From positions 28,086,001-28,150,000 of the forward strand of contig OZ024752.1 of NCBI GenBank assembly GCA_964016885.1: a stretch of DNA of 64,000 bases, given 5' to 3'. Source of the stretch: Eledone cirrhosa (Eukaryota). The notes under the pieces are model-generated. The model was not told the origin of the DNA. It searched no databases and worked only from the letters and a program-made list of their open reading frames with translations. This document shows positions 1 to 15,637 of this stretch, one piece after another. The position numbers and the translations under genes were made by a program. Numbering within the stretch: position 1 is the stretch's first letter; every line of letters starts with the position of its first letter.

Positions 1-255
1 GATACACACATACATACACACACACACACACACATATATATATACACATATATATATACACACACACACACACACCCACACATACATACACACACACACA
101 CATATATATACATACACACATACAAACATACACACACACACACATATATATACACATACACAGACATATATATACACACACACACACACGCATATATATA
201 TATATATACACATACGCATACATCCAGATACACACATACATGCACACACACATTG
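1..255. repeat. (CA)n/(TA)n compound microsatellite
   Basis: Direct inspection. Confidence 0.95.
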
Positions 256-605
256 CTAAATCTGACCTTTATAAAATAACCCACACCCCAAATAACTTCT
301 CATTCACTACCAGAAAGGGACACAGCAGTCCACCTGTTGTTGCTACCTAGATGAAAACTGCTATGAAATCCCACAATGAATTTTATACTTGAATTTTCAA
401 ATCTCAAATTTTAACTCTTCGTATTATTAATTTTTCTTAATATTAATCAACATTTGAAAAGATGGCTTTTACAGACCCATCGAAACCGGTCATTTTTTAT
501 ACCCTTTATTATTTCCTTACCTTATAAAATTATGTTTTTTCACAAAAAAGTATTCTGTCTCTTATATATTCCATGTGCCATTACCAACCTCAATTTTCTC
601 TCTCG

Positions 606-661
<56 letters not shown>

Positions 662-691
662 TTATATATATGTAGAAGATTTTCTTAATCA

Positions 692-866
692 TTGGCAGTA
701 TCGGTAGAGCGTCGAACAACATGCTTTGCAGCATAGAGTTACGGCCCTTTACGGATTGATCCCGTCGGGGTTAACTTTCCCTTTCATCCTTACGGGGTCG
801 ATAAAATAAAGTACCAGTAATGTAATAGGAAAATTGCTGGCCTTGTGCTAAAAATAGTAACAATTG
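692..866 (+). mobile_element. tRNA-derived SINE with a Meta-type core
   Basis: A-box-like tggcagtatcggtag; core ctttcatccttacggggtcgataaaataaagtaccag; tail gctggccttgtgc. Confidence 0.8.
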
Positions 867-1459
867 TAATTATTATACCTTCTAATATAATTCCAAGTCA
901 GCCAGTAGTAAAGTGTGGTCCCGTACGATATCGTTTCCAGTGAAATCTGTAGATATTGTTTTAGATATATGTATTAAGATTAAAGATTTTCAAATAAAAT
1001 TGAAAGATTCTCATATAACACGGATAAAAAAGAAAACGAATCATAGTCAATGTCTCGTTTTGATTAATTTCAAACTATCTAATTGTTTACCACACTGTTG
1101 GATATTGGAGACATATCTCATTTATAACTAGCTCTAATATTATTTCTACAGGAAGAATGTAATATTAAGCAACTGTATTGGATGCGACGTTAGTTAAAAC
1201 AATATTACACTCATACAATGAGAAAATGTATGAACTTCTTTTTACACAAACTCCCTTATCTTACTGGTATTTATAATATTATTATCGACTCCACGTGAAG
1301 ATTTGTCAGTCCTATTCCTTATTTTAAAACTACTATGCGTTATTAAACAGTAATATTATTGGAAGCGACAATATTTAAAATCAGTACAACACTCATTATT
1401 AGGGGCATCACACAGGGTCGCTTATTCTACCGCATGTTCCTCGTTATACATCAATAATG

Positions 1460-1676
1460 ATTCTAGTATAAGCACAAGGCCAGAAATTTAGGAGGAGGGG
1501 AAAGTCGATTAAATCAACCCCAGTACGTTACTGGTGCTATATTTTATCGACCCCGTAAGGATGAAAGGCAAAGTTAACCTCAGCGGCATTTGAACTCATA
1601 CCGTAAAGGGCCGTAACTCTATGCTGCAAAGCATGGTGTCCGACTCTCTACCGATAATATCAATCCACCGCCCTTG
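1460..1676 (-). mobile_element. Same SINE family, with a 13-bp TSD
   Basis: B-box gagttcaaatgcc on the minus strand; TSD tacatcaataatg at 1447-1459 and 1677-1689. Confidence 0.88.
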
Positions 1677-2039
1677 TACATCAATAATGCAATATCATTA
1701 GACTTATCCTATCCTATCCTGGGGTATGATAGAATGGGACACCCGATGTCTTTTAGGAGTTTCGGTTGTGCAGGACGTAGAAAACAAAAGGTGCTACGTT
1801 ATGTGTTCTGCAGTATCTATCTAACGTAATCGATTATTAGCCTGTCACTATTGTGATACAATTTCAAATGTCTGCTTTATTAGCGTTCGCTCCTGTTCAC
1901 ATCCGACATCATGCTATCAATGTCTTCGCACGTAACCCTCGAAAGGATGGCTTCCGGGTGCTAGGACTTGCTAGAAGTCCACCCGTATTAGACTTAATTA
2001 TAGTAAAAATAAGTGCAATAACCTTATATTTATCTGCCT

Positions 2040-2630
2040 ATAGTTAAAAGTAGGGTAATACCTCCATATTCCACTGTTCAATTTCATTAATAAATCTGCT
2101 CAACAAATCTACCAATGGTTTTAAATGCAACGGACAAACTATAAACTATCTCCTCTGTGTGGATAACTTGAAATATTTACAAGGTGGTCATAGTCATTAA
2201 GGAAGGCTACTACACATAATTCATGAATTTACGAAGAATACACCAAAACTACTATAACAAAGGACTAATGAAAAAGCTACAAACGAGAAATTTGGCTAGA
2301 TATTGAAATATGAGTCTTGAAGCAATATTTAATATATAAATATTTATGATACAATGAAACTGATATGATGCAACACAGAAGTATTAAAGGTAATGTAAGA
2401 AAATAACAATTGAGAAGGGACAGACTAATATTAGAAGCTGAACTCATGCCTATAAGTAAAACTAGATATATAGTTACATTAGCCATCTGAGTTATAAACT
2501 AGAGATTCAATATTATAAATGTTATAAAAGTTAAATGAATTAGGGAAAAGACGCCAGAAAACTACTACTAACTATTTGTCGAATACAACAGCATAAATCC
2601 AATATAGGTAGTCTATAGATACTGTGCACA
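2040..2630 (+). mobile_element. Highly degenerate R4-like RT relic
   Basis: GFKCNGQTINYLLCVDNLK (compare NHLLYMDDLK) and RLILEAEL motifs amid stops. Confidence 0.5.
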
Positions 2631-2853
2631 CACGGAGAAAGTGTTTCTTAAAAATATGCTAAAGTGTTTCTTAAAAATATGCTTGTTAAAAGTAAACAGA
2701 AATACAAGAGCAAACAACACAGTACAATGAAGAAATATTTTAGTTTAACACTTGAAATAATAGGAAATAAGTTTTAAGGTTTCGGACACTAGTCCTTTGT
2801 CAGAAGATAGAATGAGAAATAAAAGATGAAATAGAAAGATATGTTGTTAGATA

Positions 2854-3032
2854 CCGTATTTCCCAGCGGCGAAGAAGCTTCGCCCTCGAGGACGCACCCT
2901 AATTTTGACAAGCAAAAATTTGAAAATTTAAAAAAAAAATTTTAAATGCAATTTTCGGCCTCCAGGACGCATGGTACATTTTTGAGACTTATTTCAGGGG
3001 AAAAGTAGCGTCTTCGACGCCGGGAAATACGG
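2854..3032. mobile_element. Tc1/mariner-superfamily (Tc2/pogo-like) MITE
   Basis: TIRs ccgtatttccc / gggaaatacgg with a TA on both sides. Confidence 0.85.
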
Positions 3033-3294
3033 TATGTTATGCCTGATGTTTGCAATGTCTATGCATTGGTCTACCTGATCAGATATGACGGAGTGATAGG
3101 CTCTACATAATAATAGCTACACTCATACAGTTTCCAGACAATTTGGTCTATATTCGATCTGGCACGTCATTGTATTATTGAAATAACTATTGTATTTAAC
3201 TGAGCCCGAAGGTTTTTATTCTATATATATATATATAGTTATACACATGTAAATGTATTTTGTAATACAAACTGGCGCAATATTAACCAACTGT

Positions 3295-3420
3295 GAAGGC
3301 GCATGGTTTAGTGGTTAGAGCATTAAGCTTGCAATTCTCGGACCGGGTGATGTGTTGTTTCCTTGTGCCAGACACTTTATTTCACGTTGCTCCAGTTTAC
3401 TCAACTGTAGAAATGAGATA
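3295..3420 (+). mobile_element. Second tRNA-derived SINE type
   Basis: A-box tggtttagtggttagag; core ccttgtgccagacactttatttcacgttgctccagtttactcaactgtagaaatgag. Confidence 0.6.
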
Positions 3421-3978
3421 ATAGAACTGGGCTCCCTATCATTAAATTACCCAAGACAACTCCAACTAGATATACCTTGGAGCGCCAGCTAAACCTGCAT
3501 AGGTGTGAGTTGTCACACACAATATTAACCAATTACTGGGCTGCTATTTAGTTCTGTGAGTGGATCTATTTATGTTGTAATTACATTTTCGAATAATTCA
3601 TCTCGGTTGTGCAAACATAACCCAACCCGAATGCTGTATTTTATTCCCTTTATCGTTGATTAGGGATATATCAGTTTGTCCAAATGGCGCATATTTATAA
3701 AAAGAAAAAAAAACAGCTATAAAAATCTTTTCGTTTTGTGTGTATATATGATTGTATTTTCCCATTCTTCATGTAATTCGAAGGATACGTGGCTATTATT
3801 TCTAATAGGATTAATGTGAAAACAGGAAAATAAGAACGACCTCGTCGTGCCTCATATTTTTGTAGACAGAGAGATCTGTGTATAATACACGTCTGAAGGA
3901 AAGATCTCCTAAAAATTAATTACAACATTCAAAGCAATTTACAAAAATAAGTATTCACAGAGACGCACACACACGCAC

Positions 3979-4102
<124 letters not shown>

Positions 4103-4745
4103 TATAAATTCTAAATTTTAACCTCAGGAGATACTTATATAGAAGAAAATCTCAAACAGCTAATAACCAAACAATCAAATGAAACCGACAGTGAAAAATC
4201 AAGAACAGTCTACATTTATATCTCGACATTAATCTAGTACTGAAACAAGTAACATCATAGTCTTTTAAATATAGACGTAACTATTGAAATAATGGCGTCA
4301 CTCTAAAATTAGTGATGTTGTACTTACACGAAACGAACTAATACAAACTATTTGAAATAAGGAAAGAAGCGGTGTGTAACACAGTGCTAACTATCTAATA
4401 ACCAGTGGGGCTCTAGTAACTCTAATAGATAAATAATGAAACATCATGTATGAGTTAACAACTAGTTGACAATGTCAGTAGGAGCAGATCGTTAGGTGTA
4501 TTAGATAAGTGTGTTAAACAAACGCAATAAAGTATTTAAATAAGAAAAGTGACAGAAAAAACAACAACAACAGTAAATAGAAATAACAAATAGCGAAAAG
4601 CAATCGATAGATAGATTAACTTCAATGTTGATTTTGGTTTGTGATAGAAAGAATTAAAGAGATAGATCACAAAAAAACTACAAAAAATATCAACAGATAA
4701 ACACACACACTCATCAACGATACAGGTTTCACTCACATATAGAAA

Positions 4746-4936
4746 TAATTGTTTCTACTTTAGGCACAAGGCCAGCAAATTACTCAGTACATTACTGGTA
4801 CTTTATTTTATCGACCTCGTAAGGGTGAAAGGCAAAGTTAACCTCAGCGGGATTTGAACTCAGAATGGCAAAGGCCGTAACTCTATGCGTCAAATCATGG
4901 CGTCCGACTGCCAATACTGCCAATCCACCGCCCTTA
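4746..4936 (-). mobile_element. Same SINE family
   Basis: Same A/B boxes, core and tail. Confidence 0.85.
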
Positions 4937-5416
4937 TAATGTACAACAACATGGACCAATAAGCACGTAAAACTCAACAAAACATGTGTACATATATGCC
5001 ATACATAAGAAAAAAACAAAAAAGAATTATCAGAAACTCACGTATATACACAAACACAAAAATGTGCACACACAGGCACACACAAACAATACAAACAAAA
5101 TCACAGATACAACTCACATGAATGCCATGTTAAACAACCATGCAGAGATACCTAAACGAATGACAATCATCCTCCAGGGAAACATCTCACCTTTCTGTCC
5201 CGCGGGGCCTTAGGGCGGCCAGCACGTGGGACCCCATTTGCTCACGATACAGAGAGATGGGGAGGGCGAGAGAGATGGGGGCGATGACGGTTGGAGTTCG
5301 GCACTCTCGTGTTCGGACACATTGCACCTGTCAAGAGTGTATTTTCATACTTGTGACCACGAACATTGTATGTAAAGTATTGATGTTCGTTTTTCTCGTT
5401 TCTTTGCTTCCGGAAA

Positions 5417-5462
5417 CATACACACAGACTCACCGACACACACACACACATACACACACACC

Positions 5463-5528
<66 letters not shown>

Positions 5529-5542
5529 CACACACACACACA

Positions 5543-5629
<87 letters not shown>
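5417..5629. repeat. (CA)n microsatellite
   Basis: Direct inspection. Confidence 0.97.
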
Positions 5630-5631
<2 letters not shown>

Positions 5632-6627
5632 ACAAACACTACCTAGATTTCTTTGTATTCATATTTGAAACGAATGAAACAGTTCTAGTCCTGTAGAATC
5701 CGTTTCCTCCCTTGAAATCATATTACCGGTAGGACTGTGCTCTGTCGCAAGGACCCCGCTAAAGGAAATGTAGTAGAACACCTATCTTTCTTGCCACTAA
5801 TGTGAAAACTTATGAGTGGAATCTCAGGAGAATGAAATTCACTCGAAGCGCAGAAAGGGTAAAATAGAACAGCAGAGGTACAAAAGACAAACTGCTGAAT
5901 GATAAAACAATCTTTGCAGATTGTAAAAAGCGGCACAGCAACCTAGCCATGGCGTGGGTGGGGTATAAGAAAGCCTATGACATGGTACACCACAGTTGGA
6001 TATTAGAGTGTCTGACATTTAACTGAGTACCAGACAACGTAATTATATTTACAGAAATATCGATGGTGAGCTGGGAAACAGAGTTAATTTCCTGTGGGTA
6101 ACAGTTAACACGCGAAGGGCTATATTTCAGAAGTTGAATTGGAAAGTATTCATAGCCAAATTATGAAATTGATGACAATGCATAAAGTACTCGACTCAAA
6201 GAGTGATGCCGCAAGACGTCATGCTGGTAGAAAGTTAGGAGGGAAATGACTAACAAGTTGTGAAAAGAACCTATCTTGATATCTTAAAATGTAAGGGGTC
6301 AAAAGTAAGTGACTTCGACACAATGAAATTTGCTGATGCAGCAGCATCTATGTAATGCAAGAAAAGAGCGAAAAATGAACTTGAAAAGGAATTGATAAAC
6401 TTATGCATGGATATTACAGTAGAGATAAAGTAGGCATTGGTTGGGAAAAGAGCTAGTCGTGGTTTAAAAATGGCGTTCTGAAAGGATGCATCGAATCTAT
6501 GGTGTGCAGCGCCCAAGAACAGGTTCTTCTAACTAACTACACTAAAGATCATGTTGGCAGCACGATAAAATAACCATTATGTAGAATATGTGGAACAAAG
6601 AAAGAAACGGTCAGCCATATTTTAAGC

Positions 6628-7119
6628 CAGGGGTGTGCAACATATTCCATTGGCGGGCCACTTTTGAACATTGAAACAACTATTAGGGCCATTAATATTT
6701 ATTAAACACTATTCCAAAGATTCACCATAACTTCTTTTCATAACATGGAACTGGGAAATTATAACACACATAACTGTTTCTACTTTAGGCACAAGGCCAG
6801 CAATCACCCACTGCATTACTGGTACTTTATTTTATCGACCCCGTAAGGATGAAAGGCAAAGTCAACCTCGGCGGGATTTGAACTCAGATCGTAAAGGGAC
6901 GTAACTATGCTTGAAAGCATGGCGTCCGACCCTCTACCGATACTGCCAATCCCACACATAACGCTATCACTGAAGCCCTTTAGTATAGGCCAACTAATAG
7001 AAAATTGTATTACGGTTACGAAAAAAATTCTAAATAATTTAAAAACGGTCATCGCGGGCCACTCTGACTGGTCTGATGGGTCGGAATGTGGCCCGCGTGC
7101 CACCTGTTGCACGCCCCTG
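6628..7119. mobile_element. Non-autonomous hAT (Charlie-like) DNA transposon
   Basis: TIRs caggggtgtgcaac / gttgcacgcccctg; 8-bp TSD ttttaagc at 6620-6627 and 7120-7127. Confidence 0.9.
6775..6952 (-). mobile_element. Same SINE family, nested in the hAT MITE
   Basis: Same core; TSD cacacataac on both sides. Confidence 0.85.
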
Positions 7120-7900
7120 TTTTAAGCGAATGTGTTAAGTTGGCACAGCAAGTTTATTAAAGACGACATGATAATGTTGCCAGATATATCCATGGGGTAT
7201 TATCTGAGAAACGTGGGTTTGTCAGAGCAACTAAATGGTATGAGCGGAGACCAGTAGGGATGTTAGAGAATGATGAATTAGGATCTTGTAGGATTTCAAC
7301 ATTCAATGCGATAGAATGATAGAGGCAAGAAGACCAGACAAGAAAAAAAGCGACCCAAATCATCGACATCTCTATCCCAGGAGATAGTAGAGTGGACGAT
7401 AAAGAACATGAAAAGATGGATAAGTATGAGCCGCTGACGGAGGAGGTTGGAAAGGTGAGGGGGATATAAATGGTTTTAGTGATTCTAGTGGAGATCAGAA
7501 CATATGGATGCATATCGGACAGTTTTGAGGACTGTGTAAATAGAATTGATAACACTTAATATAATAGTGTACATTGAATATATGGTATGTTAATATAAAA
7601 ATCTGGTATTATGTAAATGGATATGTATGTTACCGAGAGTTTATATGAAGCCTGGTATTGTGAACTGGATTGCTGTACTGGCCGGTGTTCTGGGGGTTTG
7701 CGTTTCGGGGAAGTGAGCAAATATTGTTTATAAAATGCAGACACGTTTTGAAGATCTCACTTTTAAAATTAAGATGGTTACTGAATATCATAAAATCATG
7801 AGGATACTGGTCTTTTCTCAAGTGCATAGCCCACACCTCTAAGAGCCATTCACCTAATATTTGGTTGTTCTGGATCACTCCATTTTAGGTTGTGTTGCAT

Positions 7901-7910
7901 TCTCTCTCTC

Positions 7911-7980
<70 letters not shown>
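7901..7980. repeat. (TC)n microsatellite
   Basis: Direct inspection. Confidence 0.97.
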
Positions 7981-7983
<3 letters not shown>

Positions 7984-8698
7984 TTCTCTTTCATGGTCCA
8001 TACTAAGCTCGCTTGCAATTTAATGGATTTCCTATCTGAGTGTTTTAAGTAGAAAAGATGTCTACCAATTGGACATCGTTTCTTGCTCATTAATCTCATG
8101 GCCGACATATCATAAACCTGGTTCTGTGGGTATTCAGCTCTTCTCTTGAATGAGCGTTATGGTCCATCATGCTTGTGTGTGTGTTAGTATATAGTGAGTG
8201 AGGCTGCATTATTTACGCATATGTGTATGTATGTAAACCATATATTTATGTTTTTACATCTGTATATGTATATATATATATATAGAGAGAGAGAGTTGCG
8301 TGTGGTGGGTGTATGTGGGTATTAATATGTGTGTATGCATGAGCTGCATCCGTGGTAAAATACTACGGGAGGTAACCGATATCTACATTTAACAAGAGTT
8401 TCCTCCTCATATATTGTTTCTCTAATATATATTTATTTTCAACTGTACATCACGTGAAATAATATTTGAACTCTCGCAAATTATCGAGTATCGAGGGAGC
8501 CATTTGTAAACACATAATACTCATGAGACGAAGGTAGCTAAGTCACTGTCTCCAATCTTACCTCGATGAGGTATTGCAAAACCATTCGTAGCGTATGATG
8601 TCATATTGTTTGCATGATCAATAAATATTAATTATATCACAGGACTTAGTGTGCTCTCTAATTTTCTAAACACTACTCGCGCGTTTACACAAAAATCA

Positions 8699-9661
<963 letters not shown>

Positions 9662-10267
9662 GAGAGAGAGAGAGGGGAAAGAGAGATGAGCAAGGAATGA
9701 GAAGAAGAAAGCGGGGAAGGAGGAAAGTAAAAGAACGAAAACGAAATAAGGGGGCGAAAACAAGAGCGAGTATTTAATGAAAATAAACCAGACGACAGAA
9801 GGAAAAATAGACTGAATGAGTGTAATTAACAAAAGAACGAAAAGGAAAAGAAGGAGAAAATAAAAGAAAATAGGAATGACAGTGCCAAGAAAATAACCAT
9901 TGAAACAATAATGTACTTGTGAAATAATTGAAGGATGGAAATGTGGAGGTGTTGAATGTCCTTATTGTATTGGGAGATAAGTAGGAGAGAGTGTTTATTT
10001 GGTGTGTGTTTGTTCCAAAGGTAACCCAATGCTGATTGTAGGTATTAACGTTAGGGTCTGGCTTCATTGCTGTTAATTATTTGGCTATTTAATGTATCAA
10101 GTAAAGAGGTGAGTGAGAGGTAGAGTATTGAATAATAGGAAAGAGAGAGAGAGAGATGGAGAGAGTGAGAGAGATCGAGAGAGTGGTGGCAATCGGTGTA
10201 TTTTTTTTTAATGTCTAACTAATGGATACACACAAACACACAAAAACACACGCAAACACACTCATAC

Positions 10268-10313
<46 letters not shown>

Positions 10314-10368
10314 GCTGTATATATATATATACACATATGTATATATATATATATATATATGTGTGTGT

Positions 10369-10411
<43 letters not shown>

Positions 10412-10520
10412 TATATACATATATATATATATATGTGTGTGTGCGTCTGTATATATATATACATATATATATAGATGTGTTCGTGTCTGTATATATATAC
10501 ATATATTTATATATACACAC

Positions 10521-10551
<31 letters not shown>

Positions 10552-10695
10552 TGTATGTACATATATATATATGTATACACATATATATACATATATACAC
10601 ATATATATACATATATTTATATACACATATATATATATACATATATATATACACACATATACACATTTATATACACACACATTTTCAATACACAT

Positions 10696-10726
<31 letters not shown>

Positions 10727-10742
10727 CACACATATATATGTC

Positions 10743-10799
<57 letters not shown>

Positions 10800-10820
10800 A
10801 TATATATATATATATATATA

Positions 10821-11391
10821 TAGTATTTACGTATCGAGAAAGAGAGAAAAAGGAGGGATAGGTGATACATATAGTTATTTGCCAAGTAGCGTATGCCAAA
10901 GGTGCTCGATACTAGTGCCGGCAGTATTAAATATTTGAAGTGTTAATATTAAGTGGGCTAGAGAGTTAGCAGAGCGTAAGAACATGGGAAAGTAAATAAT
11001 CGGAGAATAGACCGTTAAAACATGTTTATTTAAAATATCACCTACGTACGTTTCGCCCAGTTGGGCTTCTCAAGGGCATAAATGATCACAAGTGCTCCTT
11101 ATATAGTTCGGAAAGAGTTTTGGGGGTTAAATCTACATCAAGATTCATTGCTCGCAAAAATATCTTGTTTTGATTTTGCAGCAGGTCAAGGGACCTGCAA
11201 AATCAAAACAAGATATTTTTGCGAGCAATGAATCTTGCTGTAGATTTAACCCCCAAAACTCTTTCCGAACTATATAAGGAGCACTTGTGATTATTTATGC
11301 CCTTGAGAAGTCCAACTGGGCGAAACGTACGTAGGTGATATTTTAAATAAACATGTTTTAACGGTCTATTCTCCGATTATTTACTTTCCCA
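10821..11391 (-). mobile_element. Penelope-like fold-back element with a variant hammerhead
   Basis: Inverted arms 10985-11181 / 11195-11391 plus an unpaired tail; cc-TTGAGAA-gccc-aact-gggc-GAAAC-GTAC-GTA-gg then AATAAA (11041-11076 minus, 11299-11336 plus). Confidence 0.75.
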
Positions 11392-11392
11392 C

Positions 11393-11456
<64 letters not shown>

Positions 11457-11534
11457 ACACATCCATATACATATATATATATACATATATATATACATAT
11501 ATATATATACATATATATATATATACTTATATAC

Positions 11535-11569
<35 letters not shown>

Positions 11570-12243
11570 CACATATATATATACACATACATATATATAT
11601 ATAAAGATACATATACATATATATATACATATATATATACATATATATATATACACATACATATACATAAATATATACACATACATATATATATATACCT
11701 ACATATACATATATATATATATACACATACATATACATATATATACACATACATATACATATATATATACACAAATACATATATATATATATACATACAT
11801 AGACATATATATATATATACACATATATATACATATACATATATACACATATATACAAATATATATATATACACATATATATATAAATACACATACATAT
11901 ATATATATATATATACACATACATATACATATATATATACACATACATATATATATATACACATACATATAGATGTATCTATATACGTATATATGTATAT
12001 ATATATATATACATATCTATATATACATATATATAAATATATATATACACATATATATATACATATATATATACACATACATATACATATATGTATACAC
12101 ATACAAATACATATATATACACATATATATATATATATATGTATATTTATATATATACATATACATACATCTATATAAATATATACACATACATATATAT
12201 GTATATATATATATACGAACACATATATGTATATATACATATA

Positions 12244-12281
<38 letters not shown>

Positions 12282-12394
12282 TACATATATATAAATATAT
12301 ACACATACATATATATATATATATACATACATATATATATATATATATATACACATACATATATATATATACATATATATATATATGCAAATAC

Positions 12395-12425
<31 letters not shown>

Positions 12426-12463
12426 TATGTATATATATATACATACATATATATATATATATG

Positions 12464-12531
<68 letters not shown>

Positions 12532-12932
12532 TATGCATATAAATATATAAAAATACATACATATATATGTATATAAATATATAAATATATATAAATTTAT
12601 ATATATAATTACATACATATGTATATGTATATATATAGAGAGAGATACATACATACATATGTATATATATTTATATAGATACATATATATATATATATAC
12701 ATACATACATATGTATATATATATATAGATACATATATATATACATATACATACAGATGTATGTATATATATATATAGATAGATACATATATATATATAT
12801 ACATATATACATATATATACATACATATATATATACATATATATATACATATATATATACATACATTTATAAACACATATATAAACATACATATATATAT
12901 GTATATATACATATATATATGTATATATATAT

Positions 12933-12963
<31 letters not shown>

Positions 12964-12998
12964 TACATATATACATATATATAAATATATACACATAC

Positions 12999-13039
<41 letters not shown>

Positions 13040-13040
13040 C

Positions 13041-13078
<38 letters not shown>

Positions 13079-13187
13079 GCAAATACATATATATGTATAT
13101 ATATATATATATACATATATATGTATATATATATATACATATATATGTATATATATATATATATACATACACATATATATATATATG

Positions 13188-13244
<57 letters not shown>
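11393..13244. repeat. Imperfect (TA)n/(TACA)n field with higher-order duplication
   Basis: Direct inspection; diagnostic variants recur. Confidence 0.95.
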
Positions 13245-13247
<3 letters not shown>

Positions 13248-14265
13248 GGAGGTGAGTTTTATTGTAGTACAATAAAGCAATGCAGCTATCGGATAAGAAG
13301 CACTCTACAGTTTGTGGGACTGGAGTATGCATTATATAAGATCAAAAGATGGTTAAAGGAGTTCAATATATTTTATTATGCGCATTTCAAAAACAAACAT
13401 CATCAAACAATAATATTTGTGTTTTCATCAGATAAAACAGGAGAACATGATATGAAGGCTAAAAAAACACTTGTTGATAGTGCAGTTTTAAATCAACATA
13501 TGAAAAGTGGTTTTAGATTGATGTGTGATATTGGGAAAAATATTTTATTTAGAGAGGGGGGGGAGAGAAAAGGATGAAAAGGGAAGTAGATGAGAGGGAG
13601 AGATGGGTGATAGAGAGAAAGAGATAGTTTTTATAACTGAGAGGAGATATATTTTATATAGAGGGGTTGAAAACCGTTGGAAGATACTGTATAAATTAAA
13701 AATTTTGAAAATTAACGAAGGGAGGATATGTGCGAGGAAAAAACTATAAAAACTATCTCTTTCTCTCTATCACCCATCTCTCCCTTTCCACCTTCACTCT
13801 CATCTCCTCTCCTTTTTTTCATCCTTTCCAACCCCCCCCCCCTCCCTAAATATAATATATTTTTTCCTCGCACATATCCTCCCTTCGTTAATTTTCAAAA
13901 TTTTTAATTTATACAGTATCTTCCAACGGTTTTCAACCCCTCTATATAAAATATATCTCCTCTCAGTTATAAAAACTATCTCTTTCTCTCTATCACCCAT
14001 CTCTCCCTCTCATCTCCTTCCCTTTTCATCCTTTTCTCTCCCCCCCCTCTCTAAATAAAATATTTTTCCCAATATCACACATCAATCTAAAACCACTTTT
14101 CATATGTTGATTTAAAACTGCACTATCAACAAGTGTTTTTTTTAGCCTTCATATCATGTTCTCCTGTTTTATCTGATGAAAACACAAATATTATTGTTTG
14201 ATGATGTTTGTTTTTGAAATGCGCATAATAAAATATATTGAACTCCTTTAACCATCTTTTGATCT

Positions 14266-14270
<5 letters not shown>
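13245..14270 (-). mobile_element. Penelope-like fold-back element (family D) with a hammerhead in each arm
   Basis: Inverted arms about 13333-13743 / 13861-14270; unpaired tail 13245-13332; other copies at 23950-24262 and 56539-56626. Confidence 0.85.
14167..14233 (+). ncRNA. Type I hammerhead ribozyme motif (mirror copy at 13371-13437, minus)
   Basis: ttttat-CTGATGA-aaacacaaa...tttgtttt-tGAAAT-GCGC-ATA-ataaaa. Confidence 0.8.
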
Positions 14271-14346
<76 letters not shown>

Positions 14347-14673
14347 TATGCATATAAATATATAAAAATACATACATATATATGTATATAAATATATAAA
14401 CATATATAAATTTATATATATAATTACATACATACATACATATGTATATAAATTTATATAGATACATATATATATATACATACATACATACGTATATATA
14501 TATATATAGATACATATATATATACATATACATACATATGTATGTATATATATATATAGATAGATACATATATATATATATAAATACATATATACATATA
14601 TATACATACATATATATATACATATATATACATATATATATACATACATTTATAAACACATATATAAACATAC

Positions 14674-14705
<32 letters not shown>

Positions 14706-15267
14706 GGTGGCTGCCAACTCGTTTTCGAGTACGGCCACTACTTTATATCCATGTAGGAGAACCTATATCGATGCGCTGAACGAGTGTGACTTTTTAGTCC
14801 AGCAGCAACTTGAAAACTCTGGTACAAACACTACACTTGTGACAATTATTGACATATAGTGCTGGGCCCATGGTACTATGTGACGACAAGTGCAGAGAGA
14901 TGTCAATATAAAGCAATGCCTGTGCCGTGAAGCTTTTATAGTGAGCAAAGGCACTGCACAAAGCCAGTCCCACTCTCTTAACCAAGATGATATTTACCAA
15001 AAAGAAGAACAAGTCAACATCATTGGATACCATCAGGGTTGCAGCTGTTATATCAGAGTTTTCCTTCTCCCAGAATTCTACCTTGACAAAGGCTAAGGGG
15101 TCATCTCTCTCGGTGATTTTGGATGGCCATTGACTCTTAAGAGGTCATTTGCCCTTTGACAGGTTTTGTTTTTAGTACTGCAGGATCTCCAAAGTCAACC
15201 TCCTCACCAAGAAACCTTGGTGGGGTTGCCAGTTTAGTCGCCAACAACCCGACCATGAGACAGGTTG
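14706..15267 (-). mobile_element. Internally deleted non-autonomous RTE-type element, copy 1
   Basis: Minus strand: RTE-like 5'UTR motif (gggagaaggaaaactctga), C-terminal C2H2 remnant, terminal hairpin gtggccgtactcgaaaacgagttggcagccac, then (TA)n. Confidence 0.65.
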
Positions 15268-15275
15268 ATATATAC

Positions 15276-15309
<34 letters not shown>

Positions 15310-15429
15310 ATATATATAAATATACATACATGTATATACATACATATACATATACATACATATATATAAATATATACACATACATATATATGTATATATA
15401 TATATACATACACATATATGTATATACAC

Positions 15430-15478
<49 letters not shown>

Positions 15479-15515
15479 CATATATATAAATATATACACA
15501 TACATATATATATAT

Positions 15516-15556
<41 letters not shown>

Positions 15557-15557
15557 C

Positions 15558-15591
<34 letters not shown>

Positions 15592-15637
15592 GCAAATATA
15601 TATATATACATATATGTATATATATATATATATATAT

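Larger units (their letters stand above)
5720..7560 (+). mobile_element. Degenerate R4/Dong-clade non-LTR retrotransposon (RT plus restriction-like endonuclease) interrupted by a hAT MITE
   Basis: Broken frames read TGRTVLCRKDPAKG, SRGTKDKLL, LAMAWVGYKKAYDMVHHSWILECL, AQEQVL, LCRICG..KETVSHILS|ECVKLAQ..RRHDNVARYIH, DFNIQCDRMIEARRPD, IIDISIPGDSRVDDKEHEKMDKY. Confidence 0.85.

Noticed and set aside
5170-5415. GC-richer island whose ORF has SRV...TNIVCKVL, reminiscent of a Helitron helicase C-terminus
   Set aside because: Too short and weak to support without a search.
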